Shown: piece by piece, positions 1 to 9,833 of the stretch
Layout of the letters: the number at the start of each line of letters is the position of its first letter
Numbering within the stretch: the first letter of the stretch is position 1
Source: Truepera sp.
Lineage (GTDB): Bacteria; Deinococcota; Deinococci; Deinococcales; Trueperaceae
Direction of reading: 5' to 3'
Assembly: GCA_965218435.1 (NCBI GenBank)
Contig: CBDCKW010000005.1
Location: forward strand, 448,001-512,000
DNA length: 64,000 nt
The notes under the pieces: generated by a model
Told to the model about the DNA's origin: nothing
Databases searched by the model: none
What the model saw: the letters and a program-made list of their open reading frames with translations, nothing else
Translations under genes and position numbers: made by a program

Positions 1-603
1 CGCCGACTCCGCCGCTTCTGCTGAGGCCGACATCATGGTCATGGTGGGCAGCAGGTAAGCTGCCTCCTTGCCTTCGGTCAACATCGTGGCGACATCGACC
101 TGCATATGGAAGCCGAAATGCCAGTACCCGCCGGTCGCCGGGTTCATCAGTTCCTCCAAGCCGAAGCCAGGGAGCACCGATTCGGACAGCACCAGCCGTC
201 GCACTTCGTCCGGGTACGACGCGGCGTAAGCGTACGCGACCATCGTGCCGATGTCGGTGCCTACCAGGTTGATTTCCCGATGACCCAGGTGAAGTGCAAG
301 TTCGTGAATGTCCTTCGCGACGTTGGCTTTCGAGTAACCGGACGCCGCTTTAGCGGAGTCGCCCAGGCCGCGCAGGTCGGGGGCAATCACCGTGTAGCCC
401 GCTTCGGCCAGCAGCGGCATCAGTTTGCGCCACAACGCCCAGGTGTACGGCCACCCGTGCAGCAGCACCACCGCGGGTCCGCTGCCGCCGGCGACGTAAT
501 GCAGGCGCGTGCCGTTGACCCCGGCGTAGCCGTGTTCGAAGCCGGGCATGCCGGGAACAGGGCCGGCGGACGGAAGCAGTCCACCGAAATGCACTTCTGC
601 CAT
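1..603 (-). CDS. alpha/beta hydrolase, epoxide hydrolase/dehalogenase type (runs off window start)
   Basis: Own translation from ATG 603: LHYVAGGSGPAVVLLHGWPYTW...IAPDLRGLGDS...GTDIG nucleophile motif; not in ORF track because truncated. Confidence 0.85.
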   Translation of the reverse strand, partial: MAEVHFGGLLPSAGPVPGMPGFEHGYAGVNGTRLHYVAGGSGPAVVLLHGWPYTWALWRKLMPLLAEAGYTVIAPDLRGLGDSAKAASGYSKANVAKDIHELALHLGHREINLVGTDIGTMVAYAYAASYPDEVRRLVLSESVLPGFGLEELMNPATGGYWHFGFHMQVDVATMLTEGKEAAYLLPTMTMMSASAEAAESA

Positions 604-927
604 CTCAGTTCACCGCCTGCGCGGTTTGGAAACTAATAACGCTTCCGTCTTCACGTTGTTCGGTACGGGGGGCAAGATCGGGGCTCATGGCGTCTCCTTA
701 ACGGGTGTGGGTTTGGGGTTCACGAAACGCTAGAACGTCCGCGTGTCTCGCAAAGACAGCTGGGTGAATCTTGGTGACCTGATCAAAAGCCAACCGCGGT
801 GCCGGGGGTGGGTGCTGCACTGCCGGGGCGAAAGGGTGAAGGCGAATGTCGTTCACTGCTTCGTCCCATCTAGCATAGACCTTTCACTTCCTTGTGGGAA
901 GTACGTACCTTAAGGTAAGCTGCTGAC

Positions 928-1344
928 ATGACCGAAACCACCATGCTCGAATCTAAGCAGACCGTCTTTGCGTCCGACACCTTCGACCGCGATTGTCCAG
1001 GCCGGGCCATCATGGATCAGATCAGCAACCGCTGGGCGGTCCTGATCCTGGCCGCACTGGCTGGCGGACCATACCGCTTCTCCGCCCTGCACGGCAAAGT
1101 GAGTGGAATCAGCCAGAAGATGCTGTCGCAGAACCTCAAGGCGCTGGTGCGCCTTGGGTTGGTGGAACGCTGGGTTGAGCCCACCGTACCGCCACAGGTC
1201 ACCTATACGCTCAGCGACCTGGGCCGCGATTTCACCGGGCCACTCTCGGCCCTGATGCAGTGGATCAGCGTCAACACCCATGAGTTACTAGCAGCTCAGT
1301 CCCGCCACGACACTGGATTAAAGCAGGCAGGAGTACGCCAGTAG
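928..1344 (+). CDS. HxlR-family winged-helix regulator
   Basis: CP..I.NRW..LIL..L..G..RFSAL...V.GISQKMLSQNLKAL...GLV.R..VPPQV.Y.L motifs; divergent from the hydrolase. Confidence 0.9.
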   Translation: MTETTMLESKQTVFASDTFDRDCPGRAIMDQISNRWAVLILAALAGGPYRFSALHGKVSGISQKMLSQNLKALVRLGLVERWVEPTVPPQVTYTLSDLGRDFTGPLSALMQWISVNTHELLAAQSRHDTGLKQAGVRQ

Positions 1345-1459
1345 ACAACTGGAGGTCTGTGTCAAGTTGTTTCAGGACAGCGTTGGCTTAGGCTATCCAA
1401 GTTTGTTTCGCCAGCGGCCTCATGATTTGTTTCAAGGAAAGACGAAGAAACTTTAGTGA

Positions 1460-1545
1460 GCCGAACGGGACGGGATAAGTCCATGGCGACGCCGTGCTCG
1501 TACGCCCCCCATTTGTCGAGCACTTTGCCACCAAGCAAGGGCGTA
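1460..1545 (-). pseudogene. short IS3-family integrase-core relic
   Basis: GKVLDKWGAYEHGVAMDLSRP resembles the IS3 OrfB segment K.LD.WAY.HGV..DFSRPG. Confidence 0.5.
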
Positions 1546-1639
1546 GAGGCAACCTGCACAAGCGTTAGCGACGCTTCGCTGGCGATCGAGGGTAACGGCG
1601 TTAACTTCATCCACGGCTTCTGATTTTACACAACTACCT

Positions 1640-1714
1640 CTCGAGTCGAACTCCCGCAGGCCGCTCAGCGCCTCGGTCGCGAGTCGGTGTGAGATGCCGA
1701 GCAGCGCTCCTAGC
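1640..1714 (-). pseudogene. fragment of HTH gene paralogous to 16514..16828
   Basis: Translates LGALLGISHRLATEALSGL vs LEGLLGISHRNATEALQRL; clear DNA similarity to 16604..16652. Confidence 0.7.
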
Positions 1715-1924
1715 CCCCTGTCATTCCTAACTTATACTCAACCGTTTCTAACGCGTGCGGTTGAGAAAATTCCTTTGCTGGCTCCACCTGTAGCTGCCCT
1801 TCTCGCTTTTGCGTAGCAGCTCACGACCTATGCCATGTTTCGGCGTCGTTGATCGGGTGAAGACGACCAAGGTCCCCGCCTCGGGTCGTTCCAACCACTC
1901 GGTTCAGCCTGCCCGCCCCCGCCC

Positions 1925-1985
1925 CCCCTGCTGGATCTCCCGTTCGAGAAAGTAGTTGAGCAGCGTCCGCAGGAGCACGATGGCC
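1925..1985 (-). pseudogene. DUF1622-like C-terminal fragment
   Basis: Translates AIVLLRTLLNYFLEREIQQ. Confidence 0.45.
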
Positions 1986-2121
1986 CCTGAGTTACACTGA
2001 TCTGAAAAGCATACCCTCGCATCGCCGTTTGAAGTGATTTCTGGAGCAGTGCCACCTCAATAAAACATCCCTCAGAAAATTTGGTCGGGACGAGAAAACC
2101 GAGTCTGAAACAGTTTAGTCA

Positions 2122-3850
2122 AGATACCGTTGCCGAACTAAGCTGCGAGCCTAGCAAAACGTGAGACACGAGTTTTCGAGCGAGGTTTATAATCAAACCA
2201 GGCTGCTAAGCGTGTCACATTAATGGCCGTAGCTATAGCAACGTTCTGGAACTGCATTTTGGATTGCCCAAAATAGCGGGAGCGCCGCAAGCCAAATGCT
2301 CTAACGCCTTGCGACAAAGTGCCCTCGATACCCGAACGTTTGCTATAAATCGCGTGCCACTCGGATGTTTGTTGGTTGCGTCGGGCCGCTTGGAGTGCTT
2401 CATGCTTCTCTTGCGGTTTGAAAGCGATAGCCCGTGGATCTTTCGTTGAGCGGTGGCAACGCGCACGCTGCTCACACGAAAAACAGTCTGCTTTAGCGAA
2501 CAACATATAGATAAGCTCATTGCCGTTTCGTTTATCAATACGCTCCGACCAGTACACGCTTTTCTTATCGTTGGGACAAGTCACCTGCTCAGTCTCCCAA
2601 TTGATGGCGAAGTCGTTGATACTGTAGGCTCCTTCGGTCTTGGCTTGCCAACGGTGATTCGCGGGCAACGGGCCACACAACGTCACGTCATAGCTTTTCT
2701 GGCTCTCTACTAATAGTTCAGTGTCCATGTAGCCAACATCAACGAGATGCACGTCTGGCAGCAGGTTCCTACTTTCCAAGTTGCGGTGAAGGTCAGGAAT
2801 GGATTGGTTATCGTGGCGACTAGGGGTATCGGTGGCCACATGGGTGATGAGGTGGACAAAGTCTTCCTCACACGTTTCGGTAACATGGACTTTGTAGCCC
2901 TTCCAGCGCAGGTCGCGTTTGCTGCCCAGCCGCGCGTCGGGGTCACAGGGTGAAGCGAGAAGGATGCTGTTCGGAGGCAAGTCTTTAGCTTCGCGCCAGC
3001 GCACCTCACCATCATCGAGCCAAAACTGCTGTACCCACATGCGCCTGAGTATCTCTATGGCCTCTAACTCATCTAGTCTCGTTGATGTTTCGGAAGCGTA
3101 AACCTCCGCTAGCAGGTGAAATCCATCTTCGCCGGTGATCTTGGCAAGCTCGCTAATTTTCTCTTTGCCCTTGGGTAATCTGAAACTTTCAAATCGTTCA
3201 CCATAACGCTCAAACCAGCTGTCGGGAACCCGTGATCTTAGCCACTCCGGTTCGACTGTAGCTAGCGTATTGAGCGCAAGCCGCATCGTTTCAACCAGGT
3301 TGCCGAGCCGATTCAAGCTTCTGACTTTGGACAGTACATGGGTCGAGTCGGTTCTTGCCTGACCACGTTTCTTAATCAATCCTTTCGCCGCACAAGCAGC
3401 GAGAAGTTGGTCCAGCAACCGATGCTCGGCGTTGCCCTGAAGCAGTCGTTTGCGAAACTTGCTGAGTACTGTAAAGTCAAAACCGGAATCGGTGAGTTCT
3501 AGGCCCAGTGCATACTTCCAGTCGATGCGGTTTCTGACAGCATCAGCAGCTTCTCGGTCGGGCAAATCTTCGGCAAATTGCAGCACGGTAACTACTGCTA
3601 AGCGCCAGGGTGCCTCAGCTGCTTGTCCTACAACCGGGTACAAGTCGGCGAACAGCTCATCGTGATAAATGCCCGCTAGCTCATCGCGTAAATTCATCGC
3701 TAAATTGCCTCTGCGATAGATGGCTTTGGCAACGCGGACGGTTTCTTCAGGGACAAACAGCGGGTTGCTGGGCTGAAGCGACATAGTGGCCTCCTAAGTC
3801 GCTTCAGTTTAGATTCGCCAACTTCGCTTTTTGATTCGGCAACGGTATCT
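2122..3850 (-). mobile_element. IS1182-family insertion sequence, copy A
   Basis: Perfect 16-bp terminal IRs AGATACCGTTGCCGAA (2122..2137) / TTCGGCAACGGTATCT (3835..3850) enclosing one transposase. Confidence 0.9.
2138..3784 (-). CDS. IS1182-family DDE transposase
   Basis: 548 aa; DUF772-like N-terminus (LPDREAADAVR.RIDWKYALGL..GFDFTVLSKFR), DSTH, GYKVHVTE, DVGY, Cys cluster, RSGIEGTLSQ. Confidence 0.92.
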   Translation of the reverse strand: MSLQPSNPLFVPEETVRVAKAIYRRGNLAMNLRDELAGIYHDELFADLYPVVGQAAEAPWRLAVVTVLQFAEDLPDREAADAVRNRIDWKYALGLELTDSGFDFTVLSKFRKRLLQGNAEHRLLDQLLAACAAKGLIKKRGQARTDSTHVLSKVRSLNRLGNLVETMRLALNTLATVEPEWLRSRVPDSWFERYGERFESFRLPKGKEKISELAKITGEDGFHLLAEVYASETSTRLDELEAIEILRRMWVQQFWLDDGEVRWREAKDLPPNSILLASPCDPDARLGSKRDLRWKGYKVHVTETCEEDFVHLITHVATDTPSRHDNQSIPDLHRNLESRNLLPDVHLVDVGYMDTELLVESQKSYDVTLCGPLPANHRWQAKTEGAYSINDFAINWETEQVTCPNDKKSVYWSERIDKRNGNELIYMLFAKADCFSCEQRARCHRSTKDPRAIAFKPQEKHEALQAARRNQQTSEWHAIYSKRSGIEGTLSQGVRAFGLRRSRYFGQSKMQFQNVAIATAINVTRLAAWFDYKPRSKTRVSRFARLAA

Positions 3851-3995
3851 GGGCAATACTGTTTCAGGTGACTTAAGACTTTATCCATAAATTAAGATGA
3901 ACTCTAAGCTAAAAACTGGTGCGAACTGTTGGGCACACCACTGCCGGTAGGACCGGTAAGTCAGATGTGTTAGCAAGAAGTGCTAACATATCAGC

Positions 3996-4208
3996 ATGAC
4001 TGACGAACTCCGCGCTCAAATTAGGCAGTATCTCAGAGATCATGGTCTTACACAAACCGCACTTGCGATGGAAGTCGGTACCGACCGGCACACCATTAAC
4101 CGTGCACTCAGCACCAACGGGGCCGTACCGCCCATCTGGCAGAAGATGCTAGACGCTCTTGGCCTTGAGCTCGTGTTACGCCCTAAGACTGCAAGCAGGA
4201 CGACGTGA
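3996..4208 (+). CDS. small XRE/Cro-type HTH protein
   Basis: 70 aa, GLTQTALAMEVGTDRHTINRAL HTH and LDALGLELVL tail. Confidence 0.75.
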   Translation: MTDELRAQIRQYLRDHGLTQTALAMEVGTDRHTINRALSTNGAVPPIWQKMLDALGLELVLRPKTASRTT

Positions 4209-4242
4209 GGTGTATGGCAGGGGTGCTGCCACAAGGTGAGTT

Positions 4243-4854
4243 ATGGCGTTAATGCGTTATCCTGTTCGGTTTTACGGGGACCCGATTCTCCGCCGCCGCT
4301 CTGCTCCCGTTCGTGACCTTAAGGCTGACTTTGCTGTACCCGGCTTCGAGGCTGTCAGCTTGCCGCAGCTCACACGCAACATGCTCGAGACGATGTACGA
4401 GGCGCACGGTGTTGGTCTCGCCGCGCCGCAGGTCGGGCTACCCCTTCGCCTGTTTGTTGCTGCCGAATATGCCGACGACGAAAACGAGGGCACCACCTCG
4501 CTCAAGAGCCGGGTGTTGCGCGAGTTCGTGATAGTCAATCCGGTGCTCGAGATTCTCGATCCCTATAAAGAGGCGCGCTATGAAGACGGGTGCCTGTCGA
4601 TACCCGGCGTTTACGAGCCGGGGGTCTTGCGGGAGCGAGCACTGCGTATCCACTATTACGACGAGCATGGCGAACAGCATGTCGTCGAAGCGGACGATTA
4701 CCTTGCACGCGTCTTCCACCACGAATACGAACACCTTGATGGCAAGCTGTATCTCGACCAGCTACCGCCGAGTGTGAAGCAAAAACATCGCGTGTATCTC
4801 GCATCATTACAGCGACAAGCTAAGGCGTACCTGAAGCAACTGGCCGAGCGATAA
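4243..4854 (+). CDS. def: peptide deformylase with variant motifs
   Basis: YGDPILR, GVGLAAPQVG, DGCLSIPG, HHEYEHLDG. Confidence 0.9.
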   Translation: MALMRYPVRFYGDPILRRRSAPVRDLKADFAVPGFEAVSLPQLTRNMLETMYEAHGVGLAAPQVGLPLRLFVAAEYADDENEGTTSLKSRVLREFVIVNPVLEILDPYKEARYEDGCLSIPGVYEPGVLRERALRIHYYDEHGEQHVVEADDYLARVFHHEYEHLDGKLYLDQLPPSVKQKHRVYLASLQRQAKAYLKQLAER

Positions 4855-4893
4855 CAATCATCGTGCAACGCTAGCCCTGCAACCGAATAGCGA

Positions 4894-5037
4894 AGATACC
4901 GTTGCCGAGCTCCTATGACGGCACTTCACGAGATGAAGGATGAAGCAGGAAAGTCGGCTAGCACGGTCGAATGCGATGCTCGAAATCCTGAATCATATGC
5001 TTTGGGAGATAATAAGCTTAATTCGGCAACGGTATCT
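4894..5037. mobile_element. MITE 1, non-autonomous IS1182 derivative (144 bp)
   Basis: Ends AGATACCGTTGCCGA / TTCGGCAACGGTATCT match the IS1182 A/B IRs; no ORF inside. Confidence 0.85.
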
Positions 5038-5042
5038 TCGCT

Positions 5043-5154
5043 AGATACTGTTTCCTAATTGCATATAGGCTTGAACTGCTTAACCCCAACTCCCGTGGAT
5101 AAGGGCATTTATACCGTCTGACCAACTATGTATCTGAATTAGGAAACAGTATCT
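5043..5154. mobile_element. MITE 2, IS1182-like ends (112 bp)
   Basis: Perfect 18-bp IR AGATACTGTTTCCTAATT / AATTAGGAAACAGTATCT; CTTCGCT direct repeat on both sides (5036..5042, 5155..5161). Confidence 0.8.
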
Positions 5155-5216
5155 CTTCGCTAGAGTGTTTCAACTTCCCCAAGGCTCAAACCATTTTACA
5201 GCGACCCTGCTAGCAA

Positions 5217-6143
5217 TTATGACAATGCTGGGGCTGGCACCGCCATACCCATAATGAGTTCGTGGTTCAGCATCGCTGCCGCTTTGGTACCACTGGCTGC
5301 TGCCATAATCACTGAATGCATAGGCATAACCATATCGCCCGCCGCATAGACACCAGGTACACTCGTTTGACCCAGATCATTAACAACGACCTGCAAGCCG
5401 TCATCACTCAGCGTACAACCTAGCTGCTGAGGTAAATCCCCTCGCAAACTCAGGGGGGGCCGCATAAAAACAGCCTGACGCGCCAGCTGGTGACCGTTGG
5501 AAAGATACAAGGCACTCAATTTACCCTGCTGACTTTCGTACTCGGTTACGCTGGCCTCAATGACCTTGACGCCACGGGCATGGAGATCGTCGAGCTGCTC
5601 ATCGCTTAAAGTCGTGTTCCCGCCTGTCAGCAAAACGACGTCACGGCTCCAATTTTGAATGAGCCGCACAAATCCATAACCCAGGTCACCATCACCAAGA
5701 ACAGCTAGCGGCGTGTCTCTCACCTCCCAGCCGTGGCAGTAGGGGCAGGTATAAACGCTTTTGCCCCATAGCTCACGTAAACCCGGCACATCAGGTAGGT
5801 CGTCAGATACCCCGGTTGCTAACAGCAAGCGCTCGGCGCTTAGGGATCCCCCCTGAGCTAAGGTAAGGTGAAACTTCCCCTTGCTCCCGGTTACTTTAGA
5901 TACGCGAGTTTTGAGAAAGTGAACTTCATAAGGCGCGAGCTGCTCGCGTCCAATCCGGCGCAGCTCATCGGGCGGCGTGCCATCACGGGTATAGATATTA
6001 TGGGCGTGGCTTGCTGGGGCGTTACGGGGGGTACTGTCATCTATAACGGCGACATTGCGGCGAGAACGTCCTAAAGCGAGTGCTGCGCTTAACCCCGCAT
6101 TGCTCCCGCCAATGACAGCGACTTCTACGTGTGATAAATTCAC
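5217..6143 (-). CDS. TrxB-like NAD(P)/FAD-dependent oxidoreductase
   Basis: VAVIGGSNAGLSAA, LLLATG, CPYCHGWE, TSVPGVYAAGD; GTG start at 6143 follows AGGAG RBS. Confidence 0.88.
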   Translation of the reverse strand: MNLSHVEVAVIGGSNAGLSAALALGRSRRNVAVIDDSTPRNAPASHAHNIYTRDGTPPDELRRIGREQLAPYEVHFLKTRVSKVTGSKGKFHLTLAQGGSLSAERLLLATGVSDDLPDVPGLRELWGKSVYTCPYCHGWEVRDTPLAVLGDGDLGYGFVRLIQNWSRDVVLLTGGNTTLSDEQLDDLHARGVKVIEASVTEYESQQGKLSALYLSNGHQLARQAVFMRPPLSLRGDLPQQLGCTLSDDGLQVVVNDLGQTSVPGVYAAGDMVMPMHSVIMAAASGTKAAAMLNHELIMGMAVPAPALS

Positions 6144-6397
6144 GGCTACTCCTACAAAACAAGCAAAAAGTGACGATAACAAGCCGAAATGACCTGATTT
6201 TGATAAATGCGTAGATTGTTAGGGGAGAAGGTCAGCTAGAGTCTTGCAATTTATAGATGCACCGTGAGCAAGCGCACCTTGCCGTCGGAACGGCGTAGGC
6301 GAGTTTGTTACGAAGCGCATTTGAGAACACGTTCTCACTATAACAAGGTTTCGTGTGCGCGGTGTGTTATGAGGCGATACGCGCAACAAAATAGGAA

Positions 6398-8126
6398 AGA
6401 TACCGTTGCCGAATTAAGCTGCGAGGCTAGCAAAACGTGAGACACGCGTTTTAGAGCAAGGTTTTTGCTCGAACCAATCTCTGAGGCGAGCTGCATTGAT
6501 GGCAGTGGCTACGGCGATGTTCTGAAACTGCGTTTTGGGCTGTCCGACGTAGCGGGAGCGCCGTAAACCGAATGCCCTAACGCCTTGCGACAAGGTGCCT
6601 TCGATGCCCGAGCGCTTGCTGTAGATGGCGCGCCACTCGGGCGTTTGCTGGTTGTGCCGGGCGGCTTGGAGCGCTTCGTGCTTTTTCCTAGGTTTGAAGG
6701 CAACTGAACGGGCCTGCTTCGTCACGCGGTGGCAACGTGCCCGCTGCTCGCAGACCAAACAGTCGTTTTGGGCGAACAGCACGACAATCAAGTCGTTGTC
6801 GTTGCGCTTATCTTTGCGTTCCGACCAATACACGCTTTTCTTGTTGCTAGGGCAGGTTACGTATTTGGCATCCCAATCGATGGCGAAGTCGTCGATGTTG
6901 TAAGCCCCCGCAGGTTTAGCCTGCCAACGGTGATTGGCGGGTAAGGAACCATGCAACTTCACGTCAAAGCGTTTCTGACTTTCCACTAACAGTTCGGTGT
7001 CCATATAGCCTGTATCCACAAGATGTACGGCTGGCAGAATGTTCTTACTTTTCAAGCCGCGGTGGATATTGGGAACGAGCTGGTTGTCGTGACGGTTCGG
7101 TTGACTGGTCGCTACATGAGTTATGAGGTGAACGGCGTCTTCTTCACACGTTTCCGTGACGTGTACTTTGTGGCCCGTCCAGCGCAGGTCGCGTTTGCTA
7201 CCTAAGCGCACGTCGGGGTCATAAGGTGAAACGAGAAGCACACGGTTCGGGGGCAAGTTCTTGGCGTCGTGCCAGCGCACCTCGCCGTCGTCGAGCCAGT
7301 ACTGCTGCACCCACATGCGCCTGAGGAGTTCGACAGCCTCCAGCTCGGCTAGGTTGGACGGCGCATCGGAAGCGTAAACGCGCTCTAGCAAGTAAAACCC
7401 GTCCTCACCCGTGATCCCAGCAAGGTCGCTAATTTTCTCTTTCCCCTTGGGTAATCTGAAACTTTCAAATCGTTCACCATAACGCTCGAACCAAGTCTCG
7501 GGAACCCATGCGCTAAGCCACTTCGGTTCGCGGGTAGCCAGCGTGTTGAGAACGAGCCGCATCGTTTCAACCAGGTTGCCGAGCCGGTTCAAGCTTCTGA
7601 CTTTGGCGAGCACGTGGGTCGAGTCGGTTCTGGCTTGACCGCGCTTTTTGATCAACCCCTTCGCAGTGCAGGCCGCTAAAAGTTCGTTCAGCAGTCGGTA
7701 TTCGGCCTGACCTTCAAGGAGCCGTTTGCGAAACTTGCTCAGAACCGTAAAATCAAAGCCTGAATCGATAAGCTCTAGGCCCAGCGCATACTTCCAGTCG
7801 ATACGATTTCTGACCGCATCGGCAGCTTCCCGGTCGGGCAGGTCTTCGGCAAATTGCAGCACAGTCACTAACGCAAGCCGCCAGGGTGCTTCAGCCGCTT
7901 GTCCCACAACCGGGTATAGGTCGGCGAATAACTCGTCACGGTAAACGCCCGCTAGCTCATCGCGTAAATGAATTGCCAAATTACCTCTGCGATAAATAGC
8001 TTTAGCAACACGGGCGGTTTCTTCAGGGACAAACAGCGGGTTACTCGGTTGAAGCGACATAGTGGCCTCCTAAGTCGCTTCAGTTTAGACTTGCCAACTT
8101 GGTTTTTTGATTCGGCAACGGTATCT
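6398..8126 (-). mobile_element. IS1182-family insertion sequence, copy B (diverged from A)
   Basis: Same 16-bp IRs at 6398..6413 and 8111..8126. Confidence 0.9.
6414..8060 (-). CDS. IS1182-family DDE transposase
   Basis: 548 aa, colinear with 2138..3784 but with many substitutions. Confidence 0.92.
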   Translation of the reverse strand: MSLQPSNPLFVPEETARVAKAIYRRGNLAIHLRDELAGVYRDELFADLYPVVGQAAEAPWRLALVTVLQFAEDLPDREAADAVRNRIDWKYALGLELIDSGFDFTVLSKFRKRLLEGQAEYRLLNELLAACTAKGLIKKRGQARTDSTHVLAKVRSLNRLGNLVETMRLVLNTLATREPKWLSAWVPETWFERYGERFESFRLPKGKEKISDLAGITGEDGFYLLERVYASDAPSNLAELEAVELLRRMWVQQYWLDDGEVRWHDAKNLPPNRVLLVSPYDPDVRLGSKRDLRWTGHKVHVTETCEEDAVHLITHVATSQPNRHDNQLVPNIHRGLKSKNILPAVHLVDTGYMDTELLVESQKRFDVKLHGSLPANHRWQAKPAGAYNIDDFAIDWDAKYVTCPSNKKSVYWSERKDKRNDNDLIVVLFAQNDCLVCEQRARCHRVTKQARSVAFKPRKKHEALQAARHNQQTPEWRAIYSKRSGIEGTLSQGVRAFGLRRSRYVGQPKTQFQNIAVATAINAARLRDWFEQKPCSKTRVSRFASLAA

Positions 8127-8144
8127 AGCGAAGAGTGTTTCAGA

Positions 8145-8290
8145 GGTGAACCGAACAGCCCGAGCCGGGCGGGGTCAGTTGACCGTGACCGAGCAGGAAA
8201 GGCACGAGGTCAATGTGGATTTCGTCGAGCAGGCCAGCGTCGAGACATTGCTGCACGATAGTCGTACTGGCGACCGCGACGTTCTTGCTA
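8145..8290 (-). pseudogene. internal fragment of a RibD_C/DHFR-family gene
   Basis: Own translation KNVAVASTTIVQQCLDAGLLDEIHIDLVPFLLGHG. Confidence 0.7.
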
Positions 8291-8377
8291 CCCAAAACCG
8301 TGGCCGGGCTGCCCTTCGTTGCCTTGCCTGCTTGATGCTCACCCGCTTCTTTACCTCCTGAAAGTGCAGAACACGGT

Positions 8378-8941
8378 TCAAGCGCTGTAAGGCGGTTGCC
8401 CCGCGGGGCGATATTCCAGCAGCAGGACGCGCCCGTCCAGAACCTTGGTCGAGAGCAGGTCGAAGCCGATGTCGGGCAACTCTTTGAAAAAGGGCTCCAC
8501 CCCTGTTTGCGGGAGAATCAGGGGGCAGACGACGAGCTTAAGACGATCTACCAGGCCAGCGGTAAGCAGTTGCTGAACCAGCGACACGCTGCCCAGGGTC
8601 CGCAACTCGGGGCCGACTCTACGCTTCAGTTCACCTACAAAGCCCACCAGGTCATCATGGACGATTTTTAGCTCCGGCCAATCTGTTGTCTCCAGAGTGT
8701 GCGAGAACAACCAGCCTGGCGTTGTGCTCATCGTTTCCCATCCTTCGTCCCGCAACTCGGTAGGTAGGCCGTTTAGCATCTCGTAGGTCTTACGTCCGAC
8801 GAGCATTCGGTGGGGAACGGCCGTATTTGTCTTAATCCAGTCGTCAAAATCGGGGCCAGAATAGCCGTAATAACCCGGAGACCGCTGGCCCCTGGCATAG
8901 CCGTCGAGCGTGACGATCAGTTCACAAACAAGCTCGGTCAC
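8378..8941 (-). CDS. dihydrofolate reductase/RibD C-terminal family protein
   Basis: VTLDGY, LVGRKTYE, GSVSLVQQLL.AGLVDRL.L.V.P motifs. Confidence 0.85.
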   Translation of the reverse strand: MTELVCELIVTLDGYARGQRSPGYYGYSGPDFDDWIKTNTAVPHRMLVGRKTYEMLNGLPTELRDEGWETMSTTPGWLFSHTLETTDWPELKIVHDDLVGFVGELKRRVGPELRTLGSVSLVQQLLTAGLVDRLKLVVCPLILPQTGVEPFFKELPDIGFDLLSTKVLDGRVLLLEYRPAGQPPYSA

Positions 8942-9004
8942 GTGCTACCTCCAATTGAATTTCGGCGATCATAAAAACAGCTTAAAATCCTAAGCGCTCA
9001 AATT

Positions 9005-9031
9005 CGCAACAGTCTAGCCACGCGTGTTTCA
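9005..9031. repeat. array junction site (degenerate)
   Basis: CGCAACAGTCT-AGCCA-CGCGTGTTTCA. Confidence 0.6.
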
Positions 9032-9039
9032 GTGAATAC

Positions 9040-9258
9040 TTACCTCTTGTCGTTCTGCTCCTGGTAGTAGCCAACGAGAGCGTTCGCATGTCCATGTCCG
9101 ATGTTGTGTTCTTTTTTAAGGGCGCTCACCATTTCCAAGTGCTTTTTCCCCTTCATCTCACCTAAGATTTTCAGCCAGTGGTCGATGGGCTGACCGTAGG
9201 TCTTTTCGATAGACGGAAAGTAAGAGGCCGGGCCTTTTACCTTAGGTGTGTCGGTCAT
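9040..9258 (-). CDS. DUF4287-family protein
   Basis: KGPASYFPSIEKTYGQPI..W...KH.EMV..LK.EH.IGHGHANALV; ATG 9258 with AGGAGG RBS. Confidence 0.85.
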   Translation of the reverse strand: MTDTPKVKGPASYFPSIEKTYGQPIDHWLKILGEMKGKKHLEMVSALKKEHNIGHGHANALVGYYQEQNDKR

Positions 9259-9347
9259 TGAAGCTACCTCCTGAAAATCATTGCAACAATAACTCTTGGT
9301 TAACGCACGCTTGCTGACAGCATTCAAATCAGTCAGAAGGTGACAGG

Positions 9348-9833
9348 CTATGCCAAACTTTTAACCAGTTCAACGAGCTGGTCGAGGCACAGCCCCCATC
9401 CTTCAAAAAAGCCCATGTCCTCGTGCTGCTGCCGTCCCGCTGGGTCTTTGTGTTTAGCAATAGCCGTGTACTTGGTTCCTGTCGCTGTAGGCTCGAGCGT
9501 TACGATGGCGGTAAAAAAAGGTTGTTCGCTCGGTCTATAGCCTGGAGCGAGCGCGTTGGTAAAGACCAGCTTCTCGTTGGGAACAATCTCCAAGTAGCAT
9601 CCCATGTTGGGAAACGCTTGCCCTTCAGGTGACTGCATAACGGTGTAGAACTGACCGCCCGGTTGCAGGTCGATCTCGCACTCGGAAATCGTCCAGGGAG
9701 CTGGGGCAAACCACTTTTTGATGTGTTCGGGCTGTGTCCAAGCTCGCCAGACAAGCTCAGCGGGCACGTCGATCTCACGCTCTAAAACGAGATCGAGGGT
9801 GGGGTCAATGTCAACATACAGTGGTTTACTCAT
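9348..9833 (-). CDS. SRPBCC/AHSA1-family protein
   Basis: [26 protein letters not shown]...DL.PGG...GF.EGW..CLDQL; overlaps the ArsR stop. Confidence 0.9.
   Translation of the reverse strand: MSKPLYVDIDPTLDLVLEREIDVPAELVWRAWTQPEHIKKWFAPAPWTISECEIDLQPGGQFYTVMQSPEGQAFPNMGCYLEIVPNEKLVFTNALAPGYRPSEQPFFTAIVTLEPTATGTKYTAIAKHKDPAGRQQHEDMGFFEGWGLCLDQLVELVKSLA

Noticed and set aside
106..636. 176-aa plus-strand ORF
   Set aside because: Antisense shadow of the alpha/beta hydrolase.
9281..9301. Possible extra junction TGCAACAATAACT-CTTGG
   Set aside because: It resembles an IS-type end but has no right arm; too degenerate to count.
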